Shown: piece after piece, positions 38,846 through 48,971 of the stretch | Layout: each line of letters opens with the position of its first letter | Position numbering within the stretch: the first letter of the stretch is position 1 | Notes under the pieces: model-generated | What the model was told of the DNA's origin: nothing | The model's input: only the letters and a program-made list of their open reading frames with translations | The model's database searches: none | Position numbers and translations under genes: made by a program | Assembly: GCA_963668625.2 (NCBI GenBank) | Contig: CAXXKA010000008.1 | Coordinates: forward strand, 992,001 to 1,056,000 | Origin: an uncultured candidate division Zixibacteria bacterium | Lineage (GTDB): Bacteria; Zixibacteria; MSB-5A5; UBA10806; 4484-95 | Direction: 5' to 3' | DNA length: 64,000 nt

Positions 38846-39068
38846 CTCCTTTCGATCTCATAGGATAGCTTACAGTTATTTTCTCTTCGCATGATTTTAC
38901 GTATTCAGTAACCTGGCCCCAGGTAAACTGAACAGAGTTACGGCTAAAGCGTGTACACGCGATCTTGCCTGATTTGACCCAGCGCAGCACTGTATTACGA
39001 TGTACGCTGAGAGCCTCGGCTACCTCGTTTACCGTTTTAGTCAATTTGCCATCGGGCCAGGTGTTCAT
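38838..39068 (-). CDS. Excisionase-like HTH protein
   Basis: TVNEVAEALSVHRNTVLRWVKSGKI; overlaps the integrase start. Confidence 0.85.
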   Translation of the reverse strand: MNTWPDGKLTKTVNEVAEALSVHRNTVLRWVKSGKIACTRFSRNSVQFTWGQVTEYVKSCEEKITVSYPMRSKGGD

Positions 39069-39135
39069 TTTTCTTATACCTAAAAAATTACCTCCCGGTC
39101 ATCATGGTAAATGACTGGGAGGATTTATAAAACGC

Positions 39136-39615
39136 CTATCCTTTTAAGCGATTGTCCTCATCGGAATCGTGGTTATCTTCATCGTCTGACACAATTTGAT
39201 TTGCCCGAAATAGAAATTCATGGGCTTTAGCTACATGATCAGCGAGATTTCTATACCCCGAAATGGCAATATCAAACATTCGCTTTAATTCTGCTGGCTG
39301 ATTTTCCCCGCTTTGGGATAGTACAACACCAAGATGATTTATGAATTCATGCCGAGTGTCAAAAAAGCCAGTCGCAACACTTACATAATCATAAGCATCG
39401 CTTGGAGAATCACTATTATTGGCTTTGTCCTTTAATCCGCCTAGGAATTCTCCTATATCATAGTCGTATTTGGGGAAATCGATGAACTGCACTCCTTCAA
39501 CAACTATCAGCGCATCTGCTCTCTTGATCGAATCCAGTACATGATTATAGCAATCATTGCAGATATCTGGATTACAGAAGTAGTCGCGAACTAAAATTAA
39601 ATTATCTGTATTCAT
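39136..39615 (-). CDS. Hypothetical protein
   Basis: 159-aa ORF with GAAAGG RBS, in the integrase-direction operon. Confidence 0.6.
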   Translation of the reverse strand: MNTDNLILVRDYFCNPDICNDCYNHVLDSIKRADALIVVEGVQFIDFPKYDYDIGEFLGGLKDKANNSDSPSDAYDYVSVATGFFDTRHEFINHLGVVLSQSGENQPAELKRMFDIAISGYRNLADHVAKAHEFLFRANQIVSDDEDNHDSDEDNRLKG

Positions 39616-39707
39616 TTAAAATACCTTTCCTGGTTTGTTTTCCTGCGCCAGCTAGAAAGATGGCACAGGTAGGTTAATACTAATGCTGTTAGTTTCTAGG
39701 CGACCCT

Positions 39708-40667
39708 TTACATTCCATCGTCAGCCATTATGATGATAGCGTCCAGGGTATAGCTATAAATCGCGCGGAAGCAATCAATGGCATTTCCCCATAATCTTTC
39801 AAAATATTCGTCGCTCAAACTATCATCATTAAGAAATTGATATTCTACTATATACAGCAGTAGCATTGTCCAGATAGAGAGGTACCGGAATGATAAGAAG
39901 GTATAATCTCCTAAGGTTTTTTTTGAACGAAGTACACCGGCCCTCAAGCGAAGATGTTCCAGATCGTTCAAAACATACGTTAGGAACCCGAGAGAAAGCA
40001 CCCACTTATTACCTTTAGCCTCGATAATAATATCCTGTTCAACCATGGCTTGATACCGCTGCTTTACTTCCGGACCACCCTGTAAAAGCCCGTTGAATGC
40101 ATCCAGCGGAATTGCTAAGGCAGGAGGGTCATCATCTTCAAGAAACTTCTTTTTATCGAAGTCCTCTCCCGGTGGAATCTTTAAAATTAATTCCATTTCC
40201 TCAAGCACAACATCTTTCGTCCCTGGGGCGTTAATCCCAAACGCTATTTCCAGCGCATTTAGAAGGTGTTTGAAAATATTATGGAAGTAAGGCAGATGGG
40301 CTTTTAATAGAAGTCGATTTGCCTCAACTGCATCTTCGGTGTCAGCCGTAGTGTTAGAAAAGTCGAATGATGTCAGATAGTTAAACCAAGAACGCAGATA
40401 GCTTAGAGATGTTTTGGCATAACAAACCCTATCTTCGTATGTAGGCTCAGCGTCATTAGAGGTATACCTATCCAGTTCATTCTCAACATACTCCCCTAAT
40501 TTGGGGGCCGAGACGAATTCTTCCGAGCCAACCTCAAATATCAGGCCATTTTCAATTAATGCCTGGCGGAGGTCATTTAAATCGGCATTTTTCCAGCCGA
40601 GCTTTTCAGTAAATAGTCTCAAGGCTGCCGGAAATTCGTTTGTATTAGAGTTATTCATGTTTATCAC
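39708..40667 (-). CDS. Hypothetical helical protein
   Basis: 319-aa ORF, no recognised motif. Confidence 0.6.
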   Translation of the reverse strand: MINMNNSNTNEFPAALRLFTEKLGWKNADLNDLRQALIENGLIFEVGSEEFVSAPKLGEYVENELDRYTSNDAEPTYEDRVCYAKTSLSYLRSWFNYLTSFDFSNTTADTEDAVEANRLLLKAHLPYFHNIFKHLLNALEIAFGINAPGTKDVVLEEMELILKIPPGEDFDKKKFLEDDDPPALAIPLDAFNGLLQGGPEVKQRYQAMVEQDIIIEAKGNKWVLSLGFLTYVLNDLEHLRLRAGVLRSKKTLGDYTFLSFRYLSIWTMLLLYIVEYQFLNDDSLSDEYFERLWGNAIDCFRAIYSYTLDAIIIMADDGM

Positions 40668-40723
40668 TTTATTGTTTTGCCCGCAGCCGGATAGAACGGC
40701 GATGCGGGCGGGTTAACATTTTG

Positions 40724-41254
40724 CTAATCTTCAGACTCTGTGTCTGAATCAGCGTTGTCTACACCGGCTTTTATGCCGAGCTCTTTCAGCCGTTTCTCGA
40801 CTTTTTCCAATGTTATTTTGTTTGAATCAATCATTACAGGCAGATTATCCTGACGCTCTTTGAGTTTCCTTTTCTTCTCAGGATCAGGTTCAGTCGCTAT
40901 TATTTCAGGAAGATTCTGAAGCTCAGATTCATGTTCAGCATTTAGGCGTGTCAGTCGAGTAAACTGGCCACGAAGAATGCCTGGATTGTCAGTGGTTTCT
41001 ATAGTGGTACGGGATGACGGATTAGCTTTTTCGGCTTGGCGTTTATCTTTATCGATTTTCTGGAGTTCCTTGTTTTTCTCTAGGAATTCAGGGACATCGA
41101 TATAGAAAACACCACCGACATTAATTAGGGAATCACATCTTCGAGCCTGGCGAGTCAGCTTCTTAAGATCAGCGCCAATCATTTCGGCATAGGCTGAGAG
41201 AAGCATATTGTCGCCAAAAACTAATCCGATATTTAATTTGCTATCGTTTGACAT
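40724..41254 (-). CDS. Hypothetical protein with C-terminal coiled coil
   Basis: AGGAGG RBS; 176 aa; charged heptad-like C-terminal half. Confidence 0.65.
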   Translation of the reverse strand: MSNDSKLNIGLVFGDNMLLSAYAEMIGADLKKLTRQARRCDSLINVGGVFYIDVPEFLEKNKELQKIDKDKRQAEKANPSSRTTIETTDNPGILRGQFTRLTRLNAEHESELQNLPEIIATEPDPEKKRKLKERQDNLPVMIDSNKITLEKVEKRLKELGIKAGVDNADSDTESED

Positions 41255-42331
41255 TTCTTTTCCTCCTTTCCTACCGTTGATAAAATCAACCGCAATTTTA
41301 AAAACGGATTATTTATGTTAGCGATTTTAAACGATCGATTGATGCCAGTTAGCATTGGCTCGTTTTTGGTAGTTATTAAGATTTTGCCCAATTAAACACA
41401 GCGTATTGGGTTCGCTATAATAGTAGGTTGTATGCAACCCTTATGAATAAAAAACTGTTTAATTGGTGTGAATATATTTGCTATCTTTATTTAATTCATT
41501 GAGTTATAGGTGTCAAATGATTGAGGAATATTGCGGCGAGAAATAAAAATATCCGAAAATTACCTTAAGGTTGCGTAACCCAAGATAGCTTCAAATTTAG
41601 ATATAGATTTTTTTATATTTCTCTAATTGTTATTTGAAATTTGGGAATATAATATCCATGGTCCGACCACTTGTAAAATGGGTCTTCAGTGATTTCAAAG
41701 CAATTTTTAAGGACTCCTCTTATTTTTGAAATATTGGATTTAAGAGTCCCCCGCTTCATTGCATTTTGTATTTTCCTTGCTTTTTTTTCATCAGCAGTAA
41801 ACATTAAAGTTGCCCACCATTTTCCTATTTTTTCCCCTTTTCCTTTACGGAATCCTAATTTAGAGTAATGGACTTTTTTAGTTTTACTACCTGCAATAAT
41901 ACATACCCTTTCATAATTCGAATCAACAATAAATTTTACATTTTGCCATTTTGATACGTGCGGGAATTTAAGAAATTTTTCTTTTTGCTTTGAAGTTTTA
42001 AGTGATAATTTTTCTATATTTCTTGAAATACTTTCGATAATTTCAGATTTATCCGAATCAGACAATCTGGTATAAGTTGGGAAGGAATCTTTATTCCATA
42101 AGTGATTTACAGAATATTCTAATTGCTGTTTAGATGGAGGATGAATATTTATACCGGCTATTATTCGATTTTTTATTTTTTTTAATATACCCACATTTTC
42201 TTGCGCAGCATAGCGTATTGGAACATCTGCTAAATGAAAATGTACAACGTTTTTCTTGAAGGAAATTAAATACAAAGGCAATAATTCATCGGATGTTTTA
42301 TTTTGTATCGAAGATTTATATGCATCCTCTG

Positions 42332-43608
42332 TTAGCTTCCCCCCATTGTTTGGACAGTAATTTAGCTAAAATAAGGTGGAATTTCTAAGTATTAGTCCAT
42401 TATTTTTCTGTTTAATCGATTCCTTTTTTGAATTTAAATTATAAACCTCATAAGGCGTCTTGCCGTTTAAGGCCTGATGGAAACGTTCGGTGTTGTAGAA
42501 TTCGAAATACCTCTTCAAACCGAGGTAAGCCTCCGCCGGCGTCTGGTAATCGTGAAGATAAACCTCCTCGTACTTGACCGATCTCCACAGACGCTCGACA
42601 AAAATATTGTCAAGATACCGACCGCGACCGTCCATGCTGATAGCGATCCGCTTGTCTTGCAGTACACCGGTGAAATCCTTGTCGGTAAACTGTGTTCCCT
42701 GATCGCTGTTGAATATCTCCGGCTGTTTGCCATCCAACGATTCCTCCAATGCCTCCACGCAGAAAGAGCTCTCAAGAGTATTGGACAAACGCCAGGCAAG
42801 AACGTAACGCGAGAACCAATCAATCACTGCCGCCAGATAGAGAAAGCCCCGGCTAAGACGAATATACGTGATATCGGCGCTCCAGACCTGGTCAACATGA
42901 TCAATCAGGACATCGCGTAAAAGATACGGATATATCTTGTTAGACGGACAAGGCTTGCTCGTATTTGGTTTAGGGTAAACAGCTTGAAGACCCATAATCC
43001 TCATCAGACGTTCAACCCGCTTGTGATTTATATCATATCCCTGAGACTTTAGACAGAGTGTCATCTTAGGACTGCCGTAAAACGGGGTCCTGGTATATTG
43101 ATCGTCAAGCAGACGCATAAGTGTCAGGTTCAAATCGCTTTCCCCAGTAGGCCGGTAGTAGTAGCTTGAACGGGGAAGCCCCAAAAGCTGGCACTGACGG
43201 CTAATTGAAATGTCCGGGTTTGATCGTTCCACCAGATTCCTCAAATCCTCAGGCGAGACGCCCGCTCCTTTTTTTTAGAAATGCCAACTCCACCTGAAGC
43301 TTACCAATCTCCTGATAGAGAGCATCCATCCTGGCTTGCTCATCCTCCCGCAACTTGGCCTTGCCGTTAGAAAAGGCTTCCGGGAGAGACTGTAAAGCCT
43401 GCTTCTTCCACATACCAACCTGATTAGGGTGTACTTCGTATTCCGAGGCTATCTGATTAACGGTCTTCTGACCGCGAATGGCCTCTATGGCTACTTTTGC
43501 TTTAAGCTCCCCGCTGTATCGACTTCGCTTCATCAATTACCCTTTCTGGACATTTCTACTAATTTAATACCACCTTAAACAATTGTCCAGTTTTTGGGGG
43601 AAACCTCA
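42332..43608 (-). mobile_element. Complete IS3-family element with 3-bp target duplication CTG
   Basis: Imperfect 25-bp IRs TGAGGTTTCCCCCAAAAACTGGACA / TTAGCTTCCCCCCATTGTTTGGACA; CTG at 42329-42331 and 43609-43611. Confidence 0.88.
42366..43536 (-). CDS. IS3 transposase OrfAB, fused by -1 frameshift at A8G (about 43268-43276)
   Basis: OrfA HTH (KAKVAIEAIRGQKTVNQIAS); OrfB WSADITY, NSDQGTQF, DNIFVERLWRSVKYE; the -1 frame is open across the junction. Confidence 0.92.
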
Positions 43609-44594
43609 CTGCTTCAGGCCATTTACATAGAAAACCTAATAAAGTAGCACGAAAAATATTTTTAAGAGCACTGTCATGGCAAGTTATTATTGCTTGATAC
43701 AAATTAAAATAGATATTCCCTCTATCAATTTTCGCTATATACTTGCTATAATAGATAGGTAGGGAGTATTTAGTTATTGGAGGGGAAAGAATAATATCAA
43801 ATAAATTATCTAAATCATCATTAAAATATCCGCGGTACAGCTTAGTCATATTAAAGTTGGTACATATATTATTTACAGGCTTAATTAATTCCATTCTTCT
43901 TTTTTCAGCCCATTTTTCAATATTAAATTCATTTTGCTTATCATTTTTCATACAAACCTAACCTTTTATATATTTAAACAGTAACAATAATATCTTAAAA
44001 TAATATTTCAAAGAATAATATTGTTAGTTAACCACCTGAGACATTTAGTCTTTGATTTTAATGATCCGTTATTACATTCTTGGAAAGTCAAGATTTTTAA
44101 GAAACAGTAAGGCGGATAGGGATGGATATGGTATTGCATTTTATATAACTAATTGTCTTTCAGGCGATTGCCAGGCAGTACTTTGGCTCCTATATTTAAT
44201 CTCACCATCTTCCAACGACTTACGAGATCGCACAAACTGCTTTTAGATACCCTGAAATATTTTAAGCCTCTGTGAAGGCAAATTTCGAATTGATGAAAAT
44301 ACACGCTAAAGAACGAAAAAAAATATCGGGCCCATATTTACGACTGGCGATGCAAACACGTCAGCTTCAACAACTTCTAATGGGTTTGTTAAGTATTTAA
44401 CCTACTGAAAATAAATAAGTTATGGTATTTTTTTGCTTGACTTCGGAGACTAAAAAGGCTATATTGAATTTGGTGGCCATAAAGCTTTTCGCATCACATC
44501 TTGGAAAATCCCAATCAATGAAATCATGGAAATAAATGATAAGGTATGAATGTCATGCCTCTGTCAATAATTAAACATCAAATCAAAGTAGATT

Positions 44595-44822
44595 ATGAAT
44601 ACCAAAGACATGAATTATGCCGCTTACTTGCTGGCAAACAATCGTAAATTGGAAAGCTGTTATCCTGACGGACGAAAGTTCTGGTTTGTGTTTCCTGATG
44701 ACGAGGAAGTAAAATTACTTACCCAAAAGTATTATCTAAATACCGGGCCAATAAATCCGCAGGACTTTGTAAACGCACAGAAGATATTGAAGAACCTGGT
44801 TAGAAACTTTCAACCAGCCTGA
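44595..44822 (+). CDS. Small protein (DUF5659-like) upstream of the primase
   Basis: TKDMNYAAYLL...FWFVF pattern typical of small phage/satellite proteins; promoter TTGACT-N17-TATATT at about 44437. Confidence 0.6.
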   Translation: MNTKDMNYAAYLLANNRKLESCYPDGRKFWFVFPDDEEVKLLTQKYYLNTGPINPQDFVNAQKILKNLVRNFQPA

Positions 44823-44905
44823 TAAAGGAATAACAAATATGAAAACATGCAATATTAATAAGGAGCTGTTAAACAGCTCGGCTCTTTTCATTAAAGAGCC
44901 ACTAT

Positions 44906-47413
44906 ATGAAACCACAATCCATAGTAATTTTAATGAATCAAAAACTTATTCAAGAAGTATTCTCAACATTAAAGAAAGGAGAATTTATCAGGCTTGCCTG
45001 GGAAGATGAAAATGAAAAGTTCCATAAGACTGGAACACAAAATTATGAACAATTCATATCAAAAGTAGATGAATTAAAATCCTTCCCTTATATTGCTAGT
45101 ATTTGGTTTACCCCCAATCCCAGCAATTCACCATCATCACATACTCAGGATGATATTACCCGAGCCCACTGGGTATATGTCGATATTGATGATGTCTCCC
45201 CCGAAGAATTCCTACAAAAATACGATTATATCAAACCAACCTATACTGTAGCCACCGGCCATGGAGTCCAGCTTTATTGGAAGTTGAAACGCCCCATAGC
45301 TATACCTAATGAACAATGGCAAGCCATAGAAAATGCAATAAAACGCAAATTCCATGGAGAAAAGGGTGAATCATGTTCATTGCTAAGGGTACCTGATACA
45401 CCAAACCGCAAGCATCTTATTGAGAAGCATAGAAAAAAGGGCTATACGGTTGAAACTAAATGTGAAGTCATTGGATTTTGTGATGAAGAATATGATCTTG
45501 ATGATTTTATCGAAGCAGGTTTGGATATTGATAATCAGCCCACGGAGATCGTGACAAGCCCTACAGCTAAACGTTCTCTCGATGACCTGAAACGAATACG
45601 CCAGTATTGTCCAGCTATAAACGAAGCCTTTTTATCGATAGAAAATAACAAAGGTAACGAAAAGACAATCGGTCATTACAAACGCCTGGCAGTAGCCAGC
45701 ATGATAAAACATACAATCGATGATGAAAAATATCTGTTGAAATTATTCAGCAAGGTATCTGATTTTGATCCTCAAAAAACTTTAAAGTATTACAGAAGTC
45801 TGGATAAATGGCCTTTTACCTGTGCAAAACTACAGGAAAAAGAACTATGTAGTGAAACTTGCCAATTGATGACAGACCTCAACAAAAAAAGTCCTATAGT
45901 ATTCGCATATCGCTCCGGTGTTCAATTGAAAACTACCGATACCTTATTAAATGAAACCGAGAATGATAGTAGTTTCAAAGAGTTGATGAAGCGCGTAAAA
46001 TCCATTGAAAACCCGGTAAATCAGGAAAAACTGATAAGCAAGGTTATTGCCGAAACCGGCATAAACAAATCTTCTATCAACCGTTATATGAAAAAGATCA
46101 AAGTTCGAGATGATATTAAATCATACATCGTCAACGGTGAAGTTGATCCCGTGAAAGCGGCGATATATATAATCAGGCAATACCAGCTAATGCGATATCA
46201 ACAGGATTTCTATAAATATCAGGATGGAATATGGGAGCTTATGCCTCAGGAGGAAGTCGAGTCGTTAATTCATCACGAGATCAAACAGTATTCGGACAAC
46301 CATACAATAAGCGAGGTCATAAATGCAGTCAAAAGAGAGGCTTTAATTAAACCCAACACGGTTGATAAAGCCCAGGGTAAGTATTGGATAGCAGCCAGCA
46401 ACGGATTATTAGATGCAGAAACGAAAGCTCTTCGCGATTTTACGCAGGAAGACTACAGGTTCATCAAAATGAACGCGAAATATAATGCGGCAGCTGATTG
46501 TCCTGTCTTTAAAGAATTTTTACGCGAGTTGTTCATGTACGACACTGATGCCGCTGATAAACGTAAACTCGTTCAGGAGATATTCGGCTATCTGCTGATA
46601 CCCGACTACTCTCTCATAAAGAAGATGTTTTATTTCTACGGGCCGAAAGCTAACAACGGCAAATCATCGTTAATTGAAATCATACGATCAGTAATGGGGC
46701 CAGGGTATTTTGATAGTGTCCCCATGGATAAATTGAATGGATTTTTATTGAAACGGCTGCAGGGAAAACATGCTAACGTCGTAGGTGACCAGGATGCGTA
46801 TACGAAGGTGCCTGACGGCATATTGAAACAATTGATTGGCGGCATGGATGAAATCACAGCGGATGTGAAATACAAGGACGCTATTACGTTCACTAATTAT
46901 GCGAGATTGATATTTGCCGTTAATAAACTGCCGTTTTCAGAAGCGAAAGACGAAGGTTATTTTACCCGAGCCGTAATCCTAACGTTCAATAACCAGTTTT
47001 TAATAAATCCTGATCGTAAGGATCACCGGCAAATGAAAGCCGACGTTGAGAAAATACAATACATAAAGGATAATGAAAAAGAAGGTATTCTCAACTGGAT
47101 GCTGGAGGGTTTGAGCAGATTGCTGGCAAACAAGAAACTAACGATTCCCACTTCATCAGAATCAGCTGTGAAGGATTACAAAACAAACAACAACAGTATA
47201 TTGTTATTTGTTGGCGATAACTGTCAGCTAGGACCTACTTTCCAAGTGAGTCAATCTGAGTTGTATACGAATTACAGAGGCTGGTGCCAGGACCAGGGAT
47301 TTAAAGGCTATGCGAATTCGGTCACGTTTTATGATTTGCTTGAGAGGGAGTACAAGGTTGTTCGACAGAGAACCAAAAATTCACGACGTCTTGTAGGAAT
47401 TAAATTAACCTGA
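44906..47413 (+). CDS. Primase (RepB/AEP-like) fused to a P4/D5-type SF3 helicase
   Basis: YVDIDD and TGHGVQLYW, LRVPDTPN primase motifs; Cys cluster near aa 300; Walker A GPKANNGKS; LIFAVNKLP; C-terminal wHTH LYTNYRGWC. Confidence 0.88.
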   Translation: MKPQSIVILMNQKLIQEVFSTLKKGEFIRLAWEDENEKFHKTGTQNYEQFISKVDELKSFPYIASIWFTPNPSNSPSSHTQDDITRAHWVYVDIDDVSPEEFLQKYDYIKPTYTVATGHGVQLYWKLKRPIAIPNEQWQAIENAIKRKFHGEKGESCSLLRVPDTPNRKHLIEKHRKKGYTVETKCEVIGFCDEEYDLDDFIEAGLDIDNQPTEIVTSPTAKRSLDDLKRIRQYCPAINEAFLSIENNKGNEKTIGHYKRLAVASMIKHTIDDEKYLLKLFSKVSDFDPQKTLKYYRSLDKWPFTCAKLQEKELCSETCQLMTDLNKKSPIVFAYRSGVQLKTTDTLLNETENDSSFKELMKRVKSIENPVNQEKLISKVIAETGINKSSINRYMKKIKVRDDIKSYIVNGEVDPVKAAIYIIRQYQLMRYQQDFYKYQDGIWELMPQEEVESLIHHEIKQYSDNHTISEVINAVKREALIKPNTVDKAQGKYWIAASNGLLDAETKALRDFTQEDYRFIKMNAKYNAAADCPVFKEFLRELFMYDTDAADKRKLVQEIFGYLLIPDYSLIKKMFYFYGPKANNGKSSLIEIIRSVMGPGYFDSVPMDKLNGFLLKRLQGKHANVVGDQDAYTKVPDGILKQLIGGMDEITADVKYKDAITFTNYARLIFAVNKLPFSEAKDEGYFTRAVILTFNNQFLINPDRKDHRQMKADVEKIQYIKDNEKEGILNWMLEGLSRLLANKKLTIPTSSESAVKDYKTNNNSILLFVGDNCQLGPTFQVSQSELYTNYRGWCQDQGFKGYANSVTFYDLLEREYKVVRQRTKNSRRLVGIKLT

Positions 47414-47416
47414 TTT

Positions 47417-47650
47417 TGTCACCTTTGTCACCCTCTGTCACCGCGTAAGTCTATGTGTATCAACAGAGATGACAAAATGACAAGAAAATAGCCTAAAAAA
47501 GTTTTACAGGGAAAAAATAAAAAAATTTTGTAAATGAAAATAGTTTTTAAACCGTAATTTAACATCGTTTTGTCACCCGACCAGCTAACCAGTTATGTAT
47601 TATTAAGATAAGGGAGTTGGGATGGGTGACAAACGATGACAAAGGTGACA
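47417..47650. repeat. Iteron-like replication origin
   Basis: TGTCACC x3 (47417, 47426, 47436), inverted (G/A)ATGACA x2 (47468, 47476), an A/T-rich tract, TGTCACC (47571), inverted GGTGACA/GATGACA x3 (47625-47650). Confidence 0.75.
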
Positions 47651-47910
47651 AAATAATTACCATGACATACAGAAAGAAATTCATTCCTCATATAAATCTG
47701 AGGAAAGCATTACATCATCCAAGATTGGACACCATCGAAGCAGAACCTAAGCAAGATTTCGCTGACGGTAGCGGTTTTCTGGCTGAAATGCGCGAAATGG
47801 ATTATTTAGCTGACGAATCAATCAAATCATATGCTCCCACTACTAATTGATGGTAGGTATGCCACAATGGCGCACCAAAAAACAATAAACACTTAACCAG
47901 TATCATCTAT

Positions 47911-48426
47911 ATGAATAAATATAATAAGTTAACCTCTGACAATAATGACAAACCAATGAAAAACATGTTTATCAATCATAACGGCATAATCTGCTACATA
48001 TCAAAAATCAGCCAACCACACAAAATCTGGTACCATATCTGGGTAGATATAGCAAATTACGGCCAGCGGTATATTGAAGAAAAGCTGAGCGTAACCGATC
48101 CCGATATTCAGCAGAAGTTGCGAGATGAATTTTATCATGCTATTGAGTCCCATACGATACAACAATCCGACTTATTGGAGGAGCATAACCTTCGATTCGA
48201 TAAAACTGACTATCCATTTTATCTGATGGACAAAACTAAAACCTCGGTCACTATATTCATGGAAAAAGGCCTATTCACACTTGGAGAATGGCGTCCGCTT
48301 GGTTATCCCTGGGCAGTCGTTTATAGAACCGACACACCTCAACAGATTCAGGCAAAGCTATTTGATCACAGAAAGCAATTCGGTGTTTCGATGTATAAGA
48401 AGCTAAGGAAGATCTGCAACTGGTAA
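47911..48426 (+). CDS. Hypothetical protein
   Basis: 171-aa ORF downstream of the origin. Confidence 0.55.
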   Translation: MNKYNKLTSDNNDKPMKNMFINHNGIICYISKISQPHKIWYHIWVDIANYGQRYIEEKLSVTDPDIQQKLRDEFYHAIESHTIQQSDLLEEHNLRFDKTDYPFYLMDKTKTSVTIFMEKGLFTLGEWRPLGYPWAVVYRTDTPQQIQAKLFDHRKQFGVSMYKKLRKICNW

Positions 48427-48464
48427 CATCTCAATTATGGCATAAGGATTTAAAGGAGTCCCAT

Positions 48465-48644
48465 ATGAACGACAAACTAAATCTGGCCATAATGACAATA
48501 TTCTCCTCACTTACCACTAACTGGGAAGATAACGGAAACATAATGGCCGAAGCTGTAAGAGATAATGTTCTGGCGAATTTGTCTACTCTTACAGGAAAGA
48601 GCATCTCTGAACTGGAAAAAGAGATTGAAGCGATGGTTGAATAA
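48465..48644 (+). CDS. Small hypothetical protein (59 aa), not in the ORF track
   Basis: AAAGGAG RBS; MNDKLNLAIMTIFSSLTTNWEDNG...EIEAMVE*; followed by a terminator. Confidence 0.6.
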   Translation: MNDKLNLAIMTIFSSLTTNWEDNGNIMAEAVRDNVLANLSTLTGKSISELEKEIEAMVE

Positions 48645-48647
48645 TGA

Positions 48648-48682
48648 AAGCCCCTGCTATTGATATAGTAGGGGCTTTTTTA
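48648..48682 (+). terminator. Rho-independent terminator
   Basis: AAGCCCCTGCTAT-TGAT-ATAGTAGGGGCTT-TTTT. Confidence 0.8.
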
Positions 48683-48971
48683 TGATATTTTAAGTATAAT
48701 ACCAGCAAAATCTCCATTACAAATCATGATAGTGTATAGATCTGACTCTGAATATTTTAAAATCCATAGTATAAACTGTTTTGCCATCCTATTGCTAACT
48801 TATGAGCAGTCTGTGATATATCGATAGAAATATGTCAATATCGTTTTAGCTTCTAGCAGGAAAAACACTTTAATTATAGTAAAATATTTAATTGTTTTTA
48901 TATACAGGTTTAGCTATATTTCGTTGATGCTTTATGTTAGCTTTTGATGTTTTTGGTCCTTAAGGTATAAA

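Larger units (their letters stand above)
41613..43951 (-). pseudogene. Putative regulator (C-terminal winged-helix-like) interrupted by IS3
   Basis: Removing the IS and one CTG joins ...LCKWPEA to EDAYKSSIQNKTSDELLPLYL in frame; the C-terminus LKSNISKIRGVLK...GYYIPKF resembles a wHTH. Confidence 0.7.

Noticed and set aside
44052-44400. 64-aa ORF and possible gene remnant in the divergent intergenic region
   Set aside because: TTG start without RBS and no recognisable motif
47617-47850. 77-aa ORF
   Set aside because: Its 5' part is the iteron array; a shorter ORF from ATG 47662 is possible but unsupported
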